Positions 29,310 to 39,021 of a stretch of DNA of 64,000 nucleotides are shown here, one piece after another; the first letter of the stretch is position 1; every line of letters begins with the position of its first letter. Origin of the DNA: an uncultured Rhodospirillaceae bacterium (GTDB lineage Bacteria > Pseudomonadota > Alphaproteobacteria > UBA9219); assembly GCA_964587125.1 (NCBI GenBank), contig CAZPKC010000003.1:64372-128371 (forward strand), read 5' to 3'. A program made the translations under genes and the position numbers. Under the pieces are notes generated by a model. That model worked only from the letters and a program-made list of their open reading frames with translations, did not search any database and had not been told where the DNA came from.

Positions 29310-30149
29310 TTAGGCGTTATTTTGAGTGTGCGTTGCAACATCTTCCGGAGTTTTGCCTTGTTTTCTTAGATCCCGCAACGTCGCCGATAAATCTCGCTTG
29401 GCGTAACGGCGGCCTTCAGCATCCGTTACGATCGGGTGGTGATGATATTCCGGCGTCTCGAATCCCAAAAGGGCCTGCAAAAGCCTGTGAATGTGAGTCG
29501 CGGCGCATAAATCCTCCCCTCGCGTGACAAGCGTCACGTTTTGCAAATGATCGTCAACCGTGACGCTGAGATGATAGCTGGTCGCTACATCCTTTCGAGC
29601 CAGAACGACATCGCCGAACATTTCAGGATGCGCCTCGATTTTTCCGCGCGCGCGGTCATGCCAGAAAAGCGGGCCGGTCAGTTTTACAGCCGCTGCGACA
29701 TCGAGCCTCCAATTCGCAACATCGCCTTGCGTAAGTTTTTCGGCGCGTTCGCGCTCAGATAAATATCGGCAGGTTCCTGGATAAATAAGCGTTCCGTCTT
29801 CCGCATGCGGCGCGTTGACGGAACGTTGCGCCTCCTGCCCGATGTCGCGGCGCGTGCAGAAACAGGGATAAATCAAGCCCTTCCCGCGCAAAACATTCAG
29901 CGCGGCGGTATAATCGGCGAGGTGTTCGGATTGGCGGCGCACAGGTTCCGGCCATTTCAGACCGAGCCACGCCAAATCTTCGAATATCGCTTCCGTATAT
30001 TCCGGTTTGCATCGGATAGGATCGATGTCCTCGATGCGGAGAAGAAAAGTCCCTCCCTCGGCAGCGCGCGCGGCGAATAACGCCGAATACGCGTGGCCGA
30101 GATGAAGATAGCCCGTGGGGCTTGGGGCGAAGCGGGTCGTTAAAGGCAC
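29310..30149 (-). CDS. gluQ: Glutamyl-Q tRNA(Asp) synthetase.
   Basis: It is a truncated GluRS-like catalytic domain (PSPTGYLHLGHAYSA, Zn-binding Cys cluster CFCTRRD) with no anticodon-binding domain, at 279 aa. Confidence 0.85.
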   Translation of the reverse strand: MPLTTRFAPSPTGYLHLGHAYSALFAARAAEGGTFLLRIEDIDPIRCKPEYTEAIFEDLAWLGLKWPEPVRRQSEHLADYTAALNVLRGKGLIYPCFCTRRDIGQEAQRSVNAPHAEDGTLIYPGTCRYLSERERAEKLTQGDVANWRLDVAAAVKLTGPLFWHDRARGKIEAHPEMFGDVVLARKDVATSYHLSVTVDDHLQNVTLVTRGEDLCAATHIHRLLQALLGFETPEYHHHPIVTDAEGRRYAKRDLSATLRDLRKQGKTPEDVATHTQNNA

Positions 30150-30158
30150 AAAACGTAT

Positions 30159-30722
30159 TTACAATGTTTCTTTATATAAAGAAACCGTATGAGCCGAAAG
30201 GGTGCGGAAAACATCGTCTCCCTGTTCTCCAAATCCCCATTCGGCATTGTGTTTCAACTGTTCTTGCCGTTCCGTTATGGATTTTTGAGCCACTTCCAGA
30301 AATAAGTCCTTTAGACTGTTATAGGTTTCAACCGTTTTCGGCAGCGTGACCTTAAAGTAAAAACGATCTTGCGAACTTCCAAGCGAGCTACTGGAATTCA
30401 TGCAACCAATTTCGCGCCAAGTTGCGGTTGCTTTCTCGTATTTTTCCACAACGAAGTTCTTCTTTCTCAAAAGAACCGCAAAATCTTTTACTGCCTCATT
30501 ATAAGGCCACTTTTTAAAATCAGAATCGATTCCCAGCTCGCGAGTAATCCTCCAAGAGTCAACCTCGACATAGTATTCGGTCTCTTTTCCGGAACACAAA
30601 TGCTTGTTTGATCTTGCCTCGCTGCTTGAAATATTTTTTACCCCAACCGCATTTCTGAAATATTCGCCTTCCACGACAAAATAAGCGGTCATTATCGATT
30701 TAAGTTCTTCTTGCTCGGACAT
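30159..30722 (-). CDS. Hypothetical soluble protein (187 aa) in a markedly AT-rich single-gene islet between gluQ and lepA.
   Basis: It is a clean ORF whose GC content is visibly below that of its neighbours. I recognise no domain. Confidence 0.5.
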   Translation of the reverse strand: MSEQEELKSIMTAYFVVEGEYFRNAVGVKNISSSEARSNKHLCSGKETEYYVEVDSWRITRELGIDSDFKKWPYNEAVKDFAVLLRKKNFVVEKYEKATATWREIGCMNSSSSLGSSQDRFYFKVTLPKTVETYNSLKDLFLEVAQKSITERQEQLKHNAEWGFGEQGDDVFRTLSAHTVSLYKETL

Positions 30723-30862
30723 ATCCGTCTCCGTGAAATAAATGGTTTAAATTTTAAAAATCCCGCCTTATTGGCTTTTTAGTTCATTTTTCCCTATTTT
30801 TAAAGTGTAACAATACTTTCATGAAAAACTTATCCGTTAACCATGTTTACATGCGCATTTGA

Positions 30863-32668
30863 CTATTTGTCGTCGCCCATCTTCAACGCCGCGATGAATG
30901 CCGCTTGCGGAATTTCGACTTCGCCGAACTGGCGCATGCGCTTCTTGCCTTCTTTTTGCTTGTCGAGGAGCTTGCGTTTACGGCTGATATCGCCGCCGTA
31001 GCACTTCGCCGTCACGTCCTTGCGCAAAGCCGAGATCGTCTCACGCGCGATGACGCGGCCTCCAATAGCAGCCTGAATGGCGATTTTGAACAAATGCTTC
31101 GGGATGAGGTCTTTCAGCCGTTCGCACAAAATGCGCCCGCGCCCTTCGGCGTTGGCGCGATGAACGATGATGCCTAAGGCATCGACCGCTTCGCCGTTGA
31201 CCAAGATCGACATATTGACGAGATCGCCGTCGCGGTATCCTTCGAGCGTATAGTCGAAGCTCGCGTAGCCGCGGCTGATCGACTTCAGGCGGTCGTAAAA
31301 ATCGAACACGACTTCGTTGAGCGGCAGTTTATAAATCAGCATCGCGCGCGTGCCGACGTACGTGAGTTCCACCTGCTCGCCGCGCCTGTCGTTACAGAGC
31401 GCCAAAATATTTCCGAGATAATCGTCCGGCGTCAGGATGGTCGCTTTGATCCACGGCTCTTCGATGCGCTCGATATAAGTGGGATCGGGCATGTCGGCGG
31501 GATTGTGCAGTTCCTTGACGGCGCCGTTCGTCAGATGGACTTTATAAATGACCGAAGGCGCGGTTGTGATGAGGTTCAGGTCAAACTCGCGCTCGAGACG
31601 CTCTTGAATGATTTCGAGATGCAAGAGTCCCAAAAAGCCGCAGCGGAATCCGAAACCCAAGGCCACCGAACTTTCCGGCTCGAACTTGAAGCTCGCGTCG
31701 TTGAGCGCCAGTTTACCCAAGGATTCCCGCAAGTGCTCGAAATCCGCCGCATCGACCGGAAACAAGCCGCAAAACACGACCGGAACGGAGGGTTTGAATC
31801 CGGGCAAAGGTTTATCCGCCGGATTTTTTTCGTCGGTGATCGTATCGCCGACCTTGGTGTCGCTGATTTGCTTGATGCCCGCCGTGATGAAACCGACTTC
31901 GCCGGCGCTGAGTTCGCCCGTTTCGATTTTTTTGGGCGTGAAAATCCCCACGTGGTCGAGGTCGCGCACGGCGCCCGTCGCCATAAAGCGCACCTTTTCG
32001 CCTTTTTTCAACGCGCCGTCCACGACTCGCACAAGAACGACGACGCCAAGATAGGAATCGTACCAGCTGTCGATCAAAAGAGCTTTCAGCGGCGCATCTA
32101 AATTTCCCTTGGGCGCGGGCAAGCGCGTCACAATCGCTTCCAGAACCTTATCGACCCCGAGTCCCGTCTTCGCGGAAATCAAAACCGCGTTCGAGGCGTC
32201 AAGGCCGATCACGTCTTCGATTTGCTCTTTCACGCGTTCGGGCTCAGCCGCAGGAAGATCGATCTTGTTCAGAACCGGGATGATTTCGTGATTGTTGTCG
32301 ATCGCCTGATAAACGTTCGCAAGCGTTTGCGCCTCGACGCCCTGCGAGGCATCCACCACCAAGATCGATCCTTCGCACGCCGCCAGAGAACGGCTGACTT
32401 CGTAAGCGAAGTCCACGTGCCCGGGAGTGTCCATCAAATTCAATTGATACGTTTCGCCGTCCTTGGCCTTATAGGTCAGGCGCACGGTCTGCGCCTTGAT
32501 CGTAATACCGCGTTCGCGTTCGATGTCCATGTTGTCGAGCATCTGCTCGCGCATCTCGCGCGCTTCGACCGCGCCGCAGCTTTGGATCAACCGGTCGGCT
32601 AAAGTCGATTTGCCGTGGTCGATATGCGCGATGATCGAAAAATTACGAATATGGGACTGATCTGTCAT
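30863..32668 (-). CDS. lepA: Elongation factor 4.
   Basis: The GTPase motifs [14 protein letters not shown] and NKID are present, followed by the LepA C-terminal domain. Confidence 0.95.
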   Translation of the reverse strand: MTDQSHIRNFSIIAHIDHGKSTLADRLIQSCGAVEAREMREQMLDNMDIERERGITIKAQTVRLTYKAKDGETYQLNLMDTPGHVDFAYEVSRSLAACEGSILVVDASQGVEAQTLANVYQAIDNNHEIIPVLNKIDLPAAEPERVKEQIEDVIGLDASNAVLISAKTGLGVDKVLEAIVTRLPAPKGNLDAPLKALLIDSWYDSYLGVVVLVRVVDGALKKGEKVRFMATGAVRDLDHVGIFTPKKIETGELSAGEVGFITAGIKQISDTKVGDTITDEKNPADKPLPGFKPSVPVVFCGLFPVDAADFEHLRESLGKLALNDASFKFEPESSVALGFGFRCGFLGLLHLEIIQERLEREFDLNLITTAPSVIYKVHLTNGAVKELHNPADMPDPTYIERIEEPWIKATILTPDDYLGNILALCNDRRGEQVELTYVGTRAMLIYKLPLNEVVFDFYDRLKSISRGYASFDYTLEGYRDGDLVNMSILVNGEAVDALGIIVHRANAEGRGRILCERLKDLIPKHLFKIAIQAAIGGRVIARETISALRKDVTAKCYGGDISRKRKLLDKQKEGKKRMRQFGEVEIPQAAFIAALKMGDDK

Positions 32669-32776
32669 AAATTCTTCCAACCTTATATCAGGAGCGTGGT
32701 TTGAGCATACACGCCCTGCAAATTCAAGATAACTCGCGTGATTAAAGGAAGTTTGCCGTAAACAAACGCTTTATCG

Positions 32777-33526
32777 TCAATTCAAAACGATGGCCGATAT
32801 CAAGCGTCCCGCGCATTTTTCCCCGCGCAGGGTTGAGTAACGATAACTGAAAAAACGGTCGGGATCGGCGCATGTGTCGAAGGGCACGGATTCTATTAGG
32901 CCTATGCCGAGATTGTTTAGCTTGTTTATAATATATCCTTGTAAATCAAAAAGATATTTGCCGTTTTTAATGTTTTGCATAAAGAAGCGTTCGTTCGACT
33001 TATTTTCGGCCAGAAAAGGCATGGGAAATTCGGGGCCGACTTCATAGGATTTTTGTCCGATACACGGTCCCAGCGCCGCATGAATACATCTCCTTTGCGC
33101 GCCGAGTTTTTCCATCGCCTTCAGCGTATTTTCCAAAACTCCGCCAAGCGCGCCGCGCCAGCCTGCGTGCGCCGCGCCGATGACGGGAAGATTGGACGCA
33201 GCCAGCAAAACGGGCGCGCAATCCGCCGTTAAAATACCCAAGGCAATACCGGATTTATTCGTGACCATGGCGTCGGCCTCGGGGGCATTTTGGAATTCCC
33301 AAATATCGCCGACCGTCACGACATCCGGCGAATGGATTTGACGGCAGCATAAAAGATTCTGCGGTAAAACCTTGAAATACGCGGCAACGCTTGCCCGCGC
33401 GGAAATTGCTTCTTGCATCGTTTTCGCTTCGGAAAAACTTTGGTTTTCCCAAGAGCGCGTGAAGAAAGCGTGCTTCGCGCCCGAAAGCGCGGTCAGATTG
33501 CCGGCAAAAAGAACTTCATCGGACAT
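32777..33526 (-). CDS. pgeF: YfiH/PgeF-family (laccase-domain) purine nucleoside/peptidoglycan editing enzyme.
   Basis: A 249-aa DUF152 protein with conserved His/Cys residues (HSPDV..., CAPV...). Confidence 0.75.
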   Translation of the reverse strand: MSDEVLFAGNLTALSGAKHAFFTRSWENQSFSEAKTMQEAISARASVAAYFKVLPQNLLCCRQIHSPDVVTVGDIWEFQNAPEADAMVTNKSGIALGILTADCAPVLLAASNLPVIGAAHAGWRGALGGVLENTLKAMEKLGAQRRCIHAALGPCIGQKSYEVGPEFPMPFLAENKSNERFFMQNIKNGKYLFDLQGYIINKLNNLGIGLIESVPFDTCADPDRFFSYRYSTLRGEKCAGRLISAIVLN

Positions 33527-33660
33527 GATAAATCATTCACGAGAGAAAACCGCGTCAGCGTATAAGCAAAAGCATCCTTTCACAAGCCAAAGGTTTCGGC
33601 TGATCGCCCTTTAAAAATGGATGCTCTTGCGCGTCGTTCATAATCCGAATAAAAATCCTT

Positions 33661-34791
33661 ATGCTTATCTTTTCCCTTTCAGGCGTTGCCGCCCTTGCCG
33701 CATGGGTTTATCTGGCTTTCGCGCACGGATGTTTCTGGAAACCTTTGTTGCCGGAAAGAGGCGATGCTCTGGCTAGCTTTCCCTCCGTCGATATCGTCGT
33801 TCCGGCGCGAAACGAAGCCGACGTTTTGCCGCAAACCCTGCCTTCGCTTCTGGCGCAGGACTATGCGGGCGCTTGGCATATTATTCTGGTTGACGATCAC
33901 AGCAACGACGGAACGGGGGATATCGCGCGAAACATCGCCGCCAATTTAGGCAAAGCCAGCCATTTGAGCGTCGTTTCCGCCCCCGATTTGCGCGAGGGGT
34001 GGAGCGGCAAAGTCTCCGCAATGAACGAAGGCGCGCAACGCAGCCATGCCGATTTTATTTTGTTCGCCGACGCCGATATCCGCCACCCTATCCATAGTTT
34101 GAAAGAACTGGCGGCGCGGATAACGGACAAAAAACTCGATCTTGTTTCGCGGATGGTCAAATTAAATTGCGAGAGTTTCGCGGAAAAATTCCTTATTCCC
34201 GCCTTCGTGTTTTTCTTTGAATTGTTGTATCCCTTTCGCCGCGCAGGCAATCCGAAATCGCGCACGGCTGCCGCGGCTGGAGGCGCAATGCTGGTTCGGA
34301 AAGCGATGCTGGACAAAATCGGAGGATTGGCTCGCATCAAATCAGCTTTGATCGACGATTGCAGCCTTGCGAAGGCGATTAAAGGCGCGGGCGGAAAAAT
34401 CGAATTGACTCTCGCTAACAATATCGAAAGCCTGCGCTCTTATCCGCATATAAGCGACGTTTGGCGCATGATCGCGCGGACGGCCTACACCCAATTGCGG
34501 CATTCTCCGTTTCTGCTGGTCGGAACGGTTATCGGATTGGCTTTTTTATTTCTTTTGCCTTTGCTTCTTTTTCTGTTCGCGCCGACGCTTACGGCTTTGC
34601 TGGCCGGATTTTTCGCATGCGTTCTGACGGCGGCGCTTTATGCCCCGATGGTCAAATTCTATCATTTACAATGGGTTTGGGCGTTGACTTTACCTGCCGC
34701 TGCTTTCATCTATGCTGCTGCGACGATAGACTCCGCGATCCTTTATCATCAGGGGAAGGGCGGCCAATGGAAAGGCCGCGCGCATTCATGA
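33661..34791 (+). CDS. hpnB: Family-2 glycosyltransferase, hopanoid-associated (HpnB-like), with a C-terminal membrane domain.
   Basis: GT-A motifs (VVPARNE, DD, DADI) are followed by 3-4 TM helices. It sits directly upstream of hpnC and is coupled to it. Confidence 0.7.
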   Translation: MLIFSLSGVAALAAWVYLAFAHGCFWKPLLPERGDALASFPSVDIVVPARNEADVLPQTLPSLLAQDYAGAWHIILVDDHSNDGTGDIARNIAANLGKASHLSVVSAPDLREGWSGKVSAMNEGAQRSHADFILFADADIRHPIHSLKELAARITDKKLDLVSRMVKLNCESFAEKFLIPAFVFFFELLYPFRRAGNPKSRTAAAAGGAMLVRKAMLDKIGGLARIKSALIDDCSLAKAIKGAGGKIELTLANNIESLRSYPHISDVWRMIARTAYTQLRHSPFLLVGTVIGLAFLFLLPLLLFLFAPTLTALLAGFFACVLTAALYAPMVKFYHLQWVWALTLPAAAFIYAAATIDSAILYHQGKGGQWKGRAHS

Positions 34792-35624
34792 CGGCAGACA
34801 CTTTCGATACCGCAAGCGGCAAAGGACGCAAAACCGAGAATTTTCCGGTCGGGTCGTTTTTGATACGCCCCGATTTGCGGCCGCATATTCATGCCTTTTA
34901 TGATTTTGCCCGCGCCGCCGACGACATCAGCGACCACCCCCTGCTTGACGCGAAGGAAAAAGTCTCGCGGCTTGAGAAATTCGCGGTTACTCTTCTCGAC
35001 GATAAAAACAACGACATCCAACCCGCCGTCAAGCTGCGCAAAAGTCTGCGTCAAACCGGCGTCTCGCCGCAGCACGGCCTCGATCTTCTGACGGCCTTCA
35101 AACGCGATGCGACTCAATTGCGCTACCGCGATTGGTATGACTTGATCGACTATTGCAATTTTTCTGCGGCTCCCGTCGGAAGGCATGTGCTGGCGCTTCA
35201 CGGCATTGGAGAAAAAGCATGGAAGGCCAACGACGCTTTATGCAATGCCTTGCAAATCATCAACCATATTCAGGATTGCGCCGACGATTACCGCGAATTG
35301 GATCGCGTCTACATTCCCGAAGATATGTTGGCGGCTCATGGCGCGCGCGCGGAGGATTTATCGTGCGAAGCGTCCCCCATGCGTTTAACCGCGACTTTCT
35401 ATGCGATGTTCGAGCGTCTTGATCCGATGCTTCGGGATGCCCGTGCTTTGCCGCGCCAGATTTCCGACGGGCGCCTCCGAACCGAAACCTCCGTCATTTG
35501 CGCGCTCGCGGAATCGCTTGTGGCTTTGCTCCGAAGAAGCGATCCTTTGCGCGACGATGTGAAGCTCGGAAAAATTTCCGCTTTTTTCGCAACGCTGATC
35601 GGTATCGCAAGGGCTTGGGTATGA
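34788..35624 (+). CDS. hpnC: Squalene synthase HpnC (hydroxysqualene synthase).
   Basis: The ENFPVGS and FYDFARAADDISD motifs of the trans-isoprenyl diphosphate synthase family (SQS/PSY) are present. ATG 34788 overlaps the hpnB stop as ATGA. Confidence 0.85.
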   Translation: MTADTFDTASGKGRKTENFPVGSFLIRPDLRPHIHAFYDFARAADDISDHPLLDAKEKVSRLEKFAVTLLDDKNNDIQPAVKLRKSLRQTGVSPQHGLDLLTAFKRDATQLRYRDWYDLIDYCNFSAAPVGRHVLALHGIGEKAWKANDALCNALQIINHIQDCADDYRELDRVYIPEDMLAAHGARAEDLSCEASPMRLTATFYAMFERLDPMLRDARALPRQISDGRLRTETSVICALAESLVALLRRSDPLRDDVKLGKISAFFATLIGIARAWV

Positions 35625-36469
35625 CGCCCTTCTCGTATCAAGAGGCTATCGACCAGGTCAAAACGCAAGTCGCCGCGTCGCGCACGTCTTTCCGCGCTGG
35701 CATGGCGGCGTTGCCCAAGGAACGGCGCGAGGGAATGTACGCCCTTTACGCCTTCTGCCGCGCCGTCGACGATATCGCGGATGAAAGTCCGTCGCCCGAA
35801 ATCGCCGCGCGCGAACTGCAAGCGTGGCGCGTTCGCATCTCGGATGTTTTTAAAAGCTACCCGTGCTGCGCGATCACGACCGCCCTTTTGCCCGCTATTC
35901 GCAAATTCGATCTTAACGAGAAAGATTTTCAGGAAATCATCGACGGGATGGAGATGGATTCTCAGGCGATTGTAGCTCCCGATTATGCGACGCTCGATTT
36001 ATACTGCGACCGCGTCGCAAGCGCCGTCGGCAGAATCTCCATCCGGATTTTCGGCGACGCCGGAGAGGAGGCGGTCAAAGTCGCGCATCATTTGGGACGC
36101 GCCCTGCAACTGACCAACATTCTGCGCGATTTGTCCGAAGATGCGGGACGCGGACGGCTTTATCTCCCGCGCGAATTGCTTGAAAAACACGGCGTAGCCT
36201 CGCGCGATCCGATGGAAGTTTTGAAAATGCCTCAACTTCCGGCCGTTTGCCGCGATTTGGGCGTTCGCGCGCGGGACCATTACGGGGAAGCCGACGCCTT
36301 CATGAATAAATGCTATGCCCCCGCGATGCGCCCTGCCCGCATCATGCGAAGCTACTATGGCGCGATTTTAGACAGGCTGATCGAAGCGAATTGGCGCAAT
36401 CCCTCCGCGCGCGTTACGTTGCCAAAATGGGAAAAGATCATCCTGCTTCTTAAAGGCTTTTTTACATGA
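35621..36469 (+). CDS. hpnD: Presqualene diphosphate synthase HpnD.
   Basis: It has the YAFCRAVDDIADE signature. Its ATG overlaps the hpnC stop as ATGA. Confidence 0.85.
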   Translation: MTPFSYQEAIDQVKTQVAASRTSFRAGMAALPKERREGMYALYAFCRAVDDIADESPSPEIAARELQAWRVRISDVFKSYPCCAITTALLPAIRKFDLNEKDFQEIIDGMEMDSQAIVAPDYATLDLYCDRVASAVGRISIRIFGDAGEEAVKVAHHLGRALQLTNILRDLSEDAGRGRLYLPRELLEKHGVASRDPMEVLKMPQLPAVCRDLGVRARDHYGEADAFMNKCYAPAMRPARIMRSYYGAILDRLIEANWRNPSARVTLPKWEKIILLLKGFFT

Positions 36470-37716
36470 CGGACCGGCATGTCCATATCATCGGCGCGGG
36501 CCTCGCCGGACTATCGGCCGCCTTGCAGCTTTGCCTTTTGGGAGAAAAAGTCACCCTTTACGAAGCCGCTCCCTTCGCCGGAGGGCGATGCCGTTCCTTT
36601 CTCGACCGCGATCTCGGCTGCCGCATCGACAACGGCAATCACCTTGTTTTATCCGGCAACGCCGCCGTGCAACATTATTTATTTTTGACCGGAGCGCTCG
36701 ATACGATGGGAGGCTTGGGCGAACCTTTGTTTCCCTTCGTCGATCTTACCAGCGGCAAGAAATGGACGATCAAGATGAACAAGGGACCTGTTCCCTGGTG
36801 GATCTTCGACAAAAATCGCCGCGTGCCGGATACGAATCTTACGGATTATCTGTCGGTATTGCGCGTCATGCTCGCGGGAAAAAACGGCACGCTGAAGGGG
36901 TTGGCCGGAAACAAAAATAATCTATACACCCGTTTCTGGGAGCCTTTGATCGTCGGCGCATTGAATACGGAACCGGAAATCGCTTCGGCTCATTTACTGC
37001 GCAACGTCCTTGTGCAGAGCTTTGGGGCGGGCGGCGATGCGTGCATCCCGCTCATTCCTAAAATCGGGCTGTCGGAGACTTTTATCACGCCCTGCCTTAA
37101 TGTTTTGCGCCAGCACGGTGCCGAAATAAAATATTATCATCGCCTGCGTTCGATGTTGTGGGAAGGCGACTGCGTGCGCGAACTCGATTTCAATAACAAG
37201 ACCGTCGAACTGGCTCCCAATGACTGGGTCATTCTGGCTCTTCCTGCCTGGTTTATGCGCGAAATTCTGCCCGAAGTTCCGACGCCGACCGAATTCCGCT
37301 CCATCCTCAACGCGCATTTTCGCATCCCCACGCCGGTTATCGAAGACGGTTTCACGGGCGTTATCGGCGGTTATTCCGAATGGATTTTTGTTCGGAACGG
37401 TCTTGTTTCCGTCACTATCAGTTGCGCGGAACGCTTCAAAAACATTCCGACGCGCGACATGGCCAAGCTTGTGTGGGAGGAAGTCGCGACAGTATTGCAT
37501 CTCGATCCTAAGCCCGTGCCATACCGTATCTTTTTAGAAAAATACGCGACGATCGCCGCTACGCCGGAGCAGGATTCCCTCCGTCCTCCTTTTTATACGG
37601 GTTGGAAAAACGTGGCTCTGGCGGGTGAATGGACCGCCACCGGCCTTCCTTCGACGATTGAAGGAGCCCTGCGCTCGGGCATGAAAGCCGCGCAAGTCGC
37701 AATGAGATGGAAATAA
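36466..37716 (+). CDS. hpnE: Hydroxysqualene dehydroxylase HpnE (FAD-dependent amine-oxidase fold).
   Basis: An FAD-binding GAGLAGLSAA motif is present. Its ATG overlaps the hpnD stop as ATGA. Confidence 0.85.
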   Translation: MTDRHVHIIGAGLAGLSAALQLCLLGEKVTLYEAAPFAGGRCRSFLDRDLGCRIDNGNHLVLSGNAAVQHYLFLTGALDTMGGLGEPLFPFVDLTSGKKWTIKMNKGPVPWWIFDKNRRVPDTNLTDYLSVLRVMLAGKNGTLKGLAGNKNNLYTRFWEPLIVGALNTEPEIASAHLLRNVLVQSFGAGGDACIPLIPKIGLSETFITPCLNVLRQHGAEIKYYHRLRSMLWEGDCVRELDFNNKTVELAPNDWVILALPAWFMREILPEVPTPTEFRSILNAHFRIPTPVIEDGFTGVIGGYSEWIFVRNGLVSVTISCAERFKNIPTRDMAKLVWEEVATVLHLDPKPVPYRIFLEKYATIAATPEQDSLRPPFYTGWKNVALAGEWTATGLPSTIEGALRSGMKAAQVAMRWK

Positions 37717-37766
37717 AAAAGCACTCAGGGAAGAAATTCTCCTCCTTGAATGCTGCGTTCTGTTTC

Positions 37767-37960
37767 TTATGCCAGCGGGCCCATGAAATCCGACTTGCCG
37801 TCTGACTTCGCTCGCTCTGCGCCTCGCCTGTCGCTTGCCGGGCTAACCGTGTTGTTACTAACGGGTTCTACAGTCCGGCGAGCGGCAGGCTTTACGCAAC
37901 CGTTCGTGACCTAAGCAAGTCGCTTCAAGCGCTGGTTTGTATTAATGCGTCGTTTCGTCG
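37767..37960. repeat. Copy B of the structured GC-rich repeat, with a predicted nested stem-loop (a 16-bp stem including G-U pairs plus an outer stem CCGACTTGC/GCAAGTCG).
   Basis: It is about 90% identical to the reverse complement of 1198-1345. The inner stem GCCTGTCGCTTGCCGG / CCGGCGAGCGGCAGGC shows a U-A versus U-G compensatory difference between the two copies. Confidence 0.8.
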
Positions 37961-38475
37961 TTGTTGGAAGCGCCGCGCGTGCGCTTGCCGACGTTTTGAT
38001 AAGCGACGCGGGCATGATCGACGCAATAGGGCAATCCTTCGTGCGCAACGCATCCGCAGAAGCGGAAATCGGGAGAACGTGGATCCCCAACAGGCCAACG
38101 GCAATGGCGATCGCCTGCCTTGGTCATCGCAATACCCTCGCTACGCACCGCGCCCCCTATTCCCTCCAAAGAGCGGAAAATATCCCTTGCCGTCGGAAGA
38201 ACACGCATCGAAGCTGTCGTGGAAGGCGCCGGTCCCATAGGCAAATGCCTGAGCATCCGCTTGCGGCTCGATTTGATCGCGACCATGCCGCCCGTGGCCA
38301 TTTGCAGCCCCGTCCCCGGCGTTTCCGCAGATTTTTGAGCCGACAGCTTCAGGCGGTGCGCTTTGCCGATAACCGCGTTGCGGGTTAAACCCCCGATGTG
38401 TTCGGCAATTTCGCTGGCGCTATGATGCCCCCACATATCCTTAAGCATCTGAATTTTTTGCTCGGTCCATGTCAT
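37942..38475 (-). CDS. gcrA: Cell-cycle transcriptional regulator GcrA.
   Basis: The N-terminus MTWTEQKIQMLKDMW...ASEIAEHIGGLTRNAVIGKAHRLKL matches the GcrA DNA-binding domain. An RBS AGGAGAG precedes ATG 38475. Confidence 0.9.
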   Translation of the reverse strand: MTWTEQKIQMLKDMWGHHSASEIAEHIGGLTRNAVIGKAHRLKLSAQKSAETPGTGLQMATGGMVAIKSSRKRMLRHLPMGPAPSTTASMRVLPTARDIFRSLEGIGGAVRSEGIAMTKAGDRHCRWPVGDPRSPDFRFCGCVAHEGLPYCVDHARVAYQNVGKRTRGASNNDETTH

Positions 38476-38641
38476 GTTTCTTACTCTCCTGACGGTTTGT
38501 TGGCGGGAAGAGCCTTGCCCAAAATCAATGTGATTCTTAAACAAGCCCCTGATGCTATAAATCGTTAACCACTAGATTTTGTAGTTTACAGGGAAGGTTC
38601 ATACCACGGAGAGCGAATCGATTCTACTAAACACAGCATCT

Positions 38642-38775
38642 TGTGGATAAATTGTGAGTAGTAACTAGATATGGTTTTTTAACCCTATGAATCGTTTATC
38701 ATTTATTAACCTATTCACAGGCAAAGCAAATTCGATTTTTGCTGAAAACAGGGAAAAAGGACAAATTTATCCACA
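38642..38775. promoter_or_regulatory. gcrA upstream control region. It holds two perfect consensus DnaA boxes (TGTGGATAA at 38642-38650 and TTATCCACA at 38767-38775) and a cluster of GANTC (CcrM-type) sites.
   Basis: The box matches were read directly from the sequence. About seven GANTC sites lie in roughly 550 bp of AT-rich intergenic DNA. Confidence 0.6.
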
Positions 38776-39021
38776 ACTTTTTAGGGTTTGCCCCAAGAGA
38801 TGCTTTAGAAAGGGGTCGATAAATCGAAATGGTTTTTTTGATTCGCTGTGTGTTTTGAACAAATTATTTCTGATAAAAATTTCAGCATAAATATTTCGCC
38901 GACGAAGGCCCAAAACCACACTTACGTATGGTTTCGTTAAGCTGTTTGTTCATATTGCTTACTATGCTGACGCAGAATCGACTCCCTGTCAGTTCGCTCC
39001 AAATTCGACAAACGGTGAAAA

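Noticed and set aside
38687-38890. A 67-aa ORF in the gcrA/kinase intergenic region.
   Set aside because: It lies in AT-rich promoter DNA, has no RBS and a low-complexity translation. The region is better explained as a regulatory region carrying DnaA boxes and GANTC sites.
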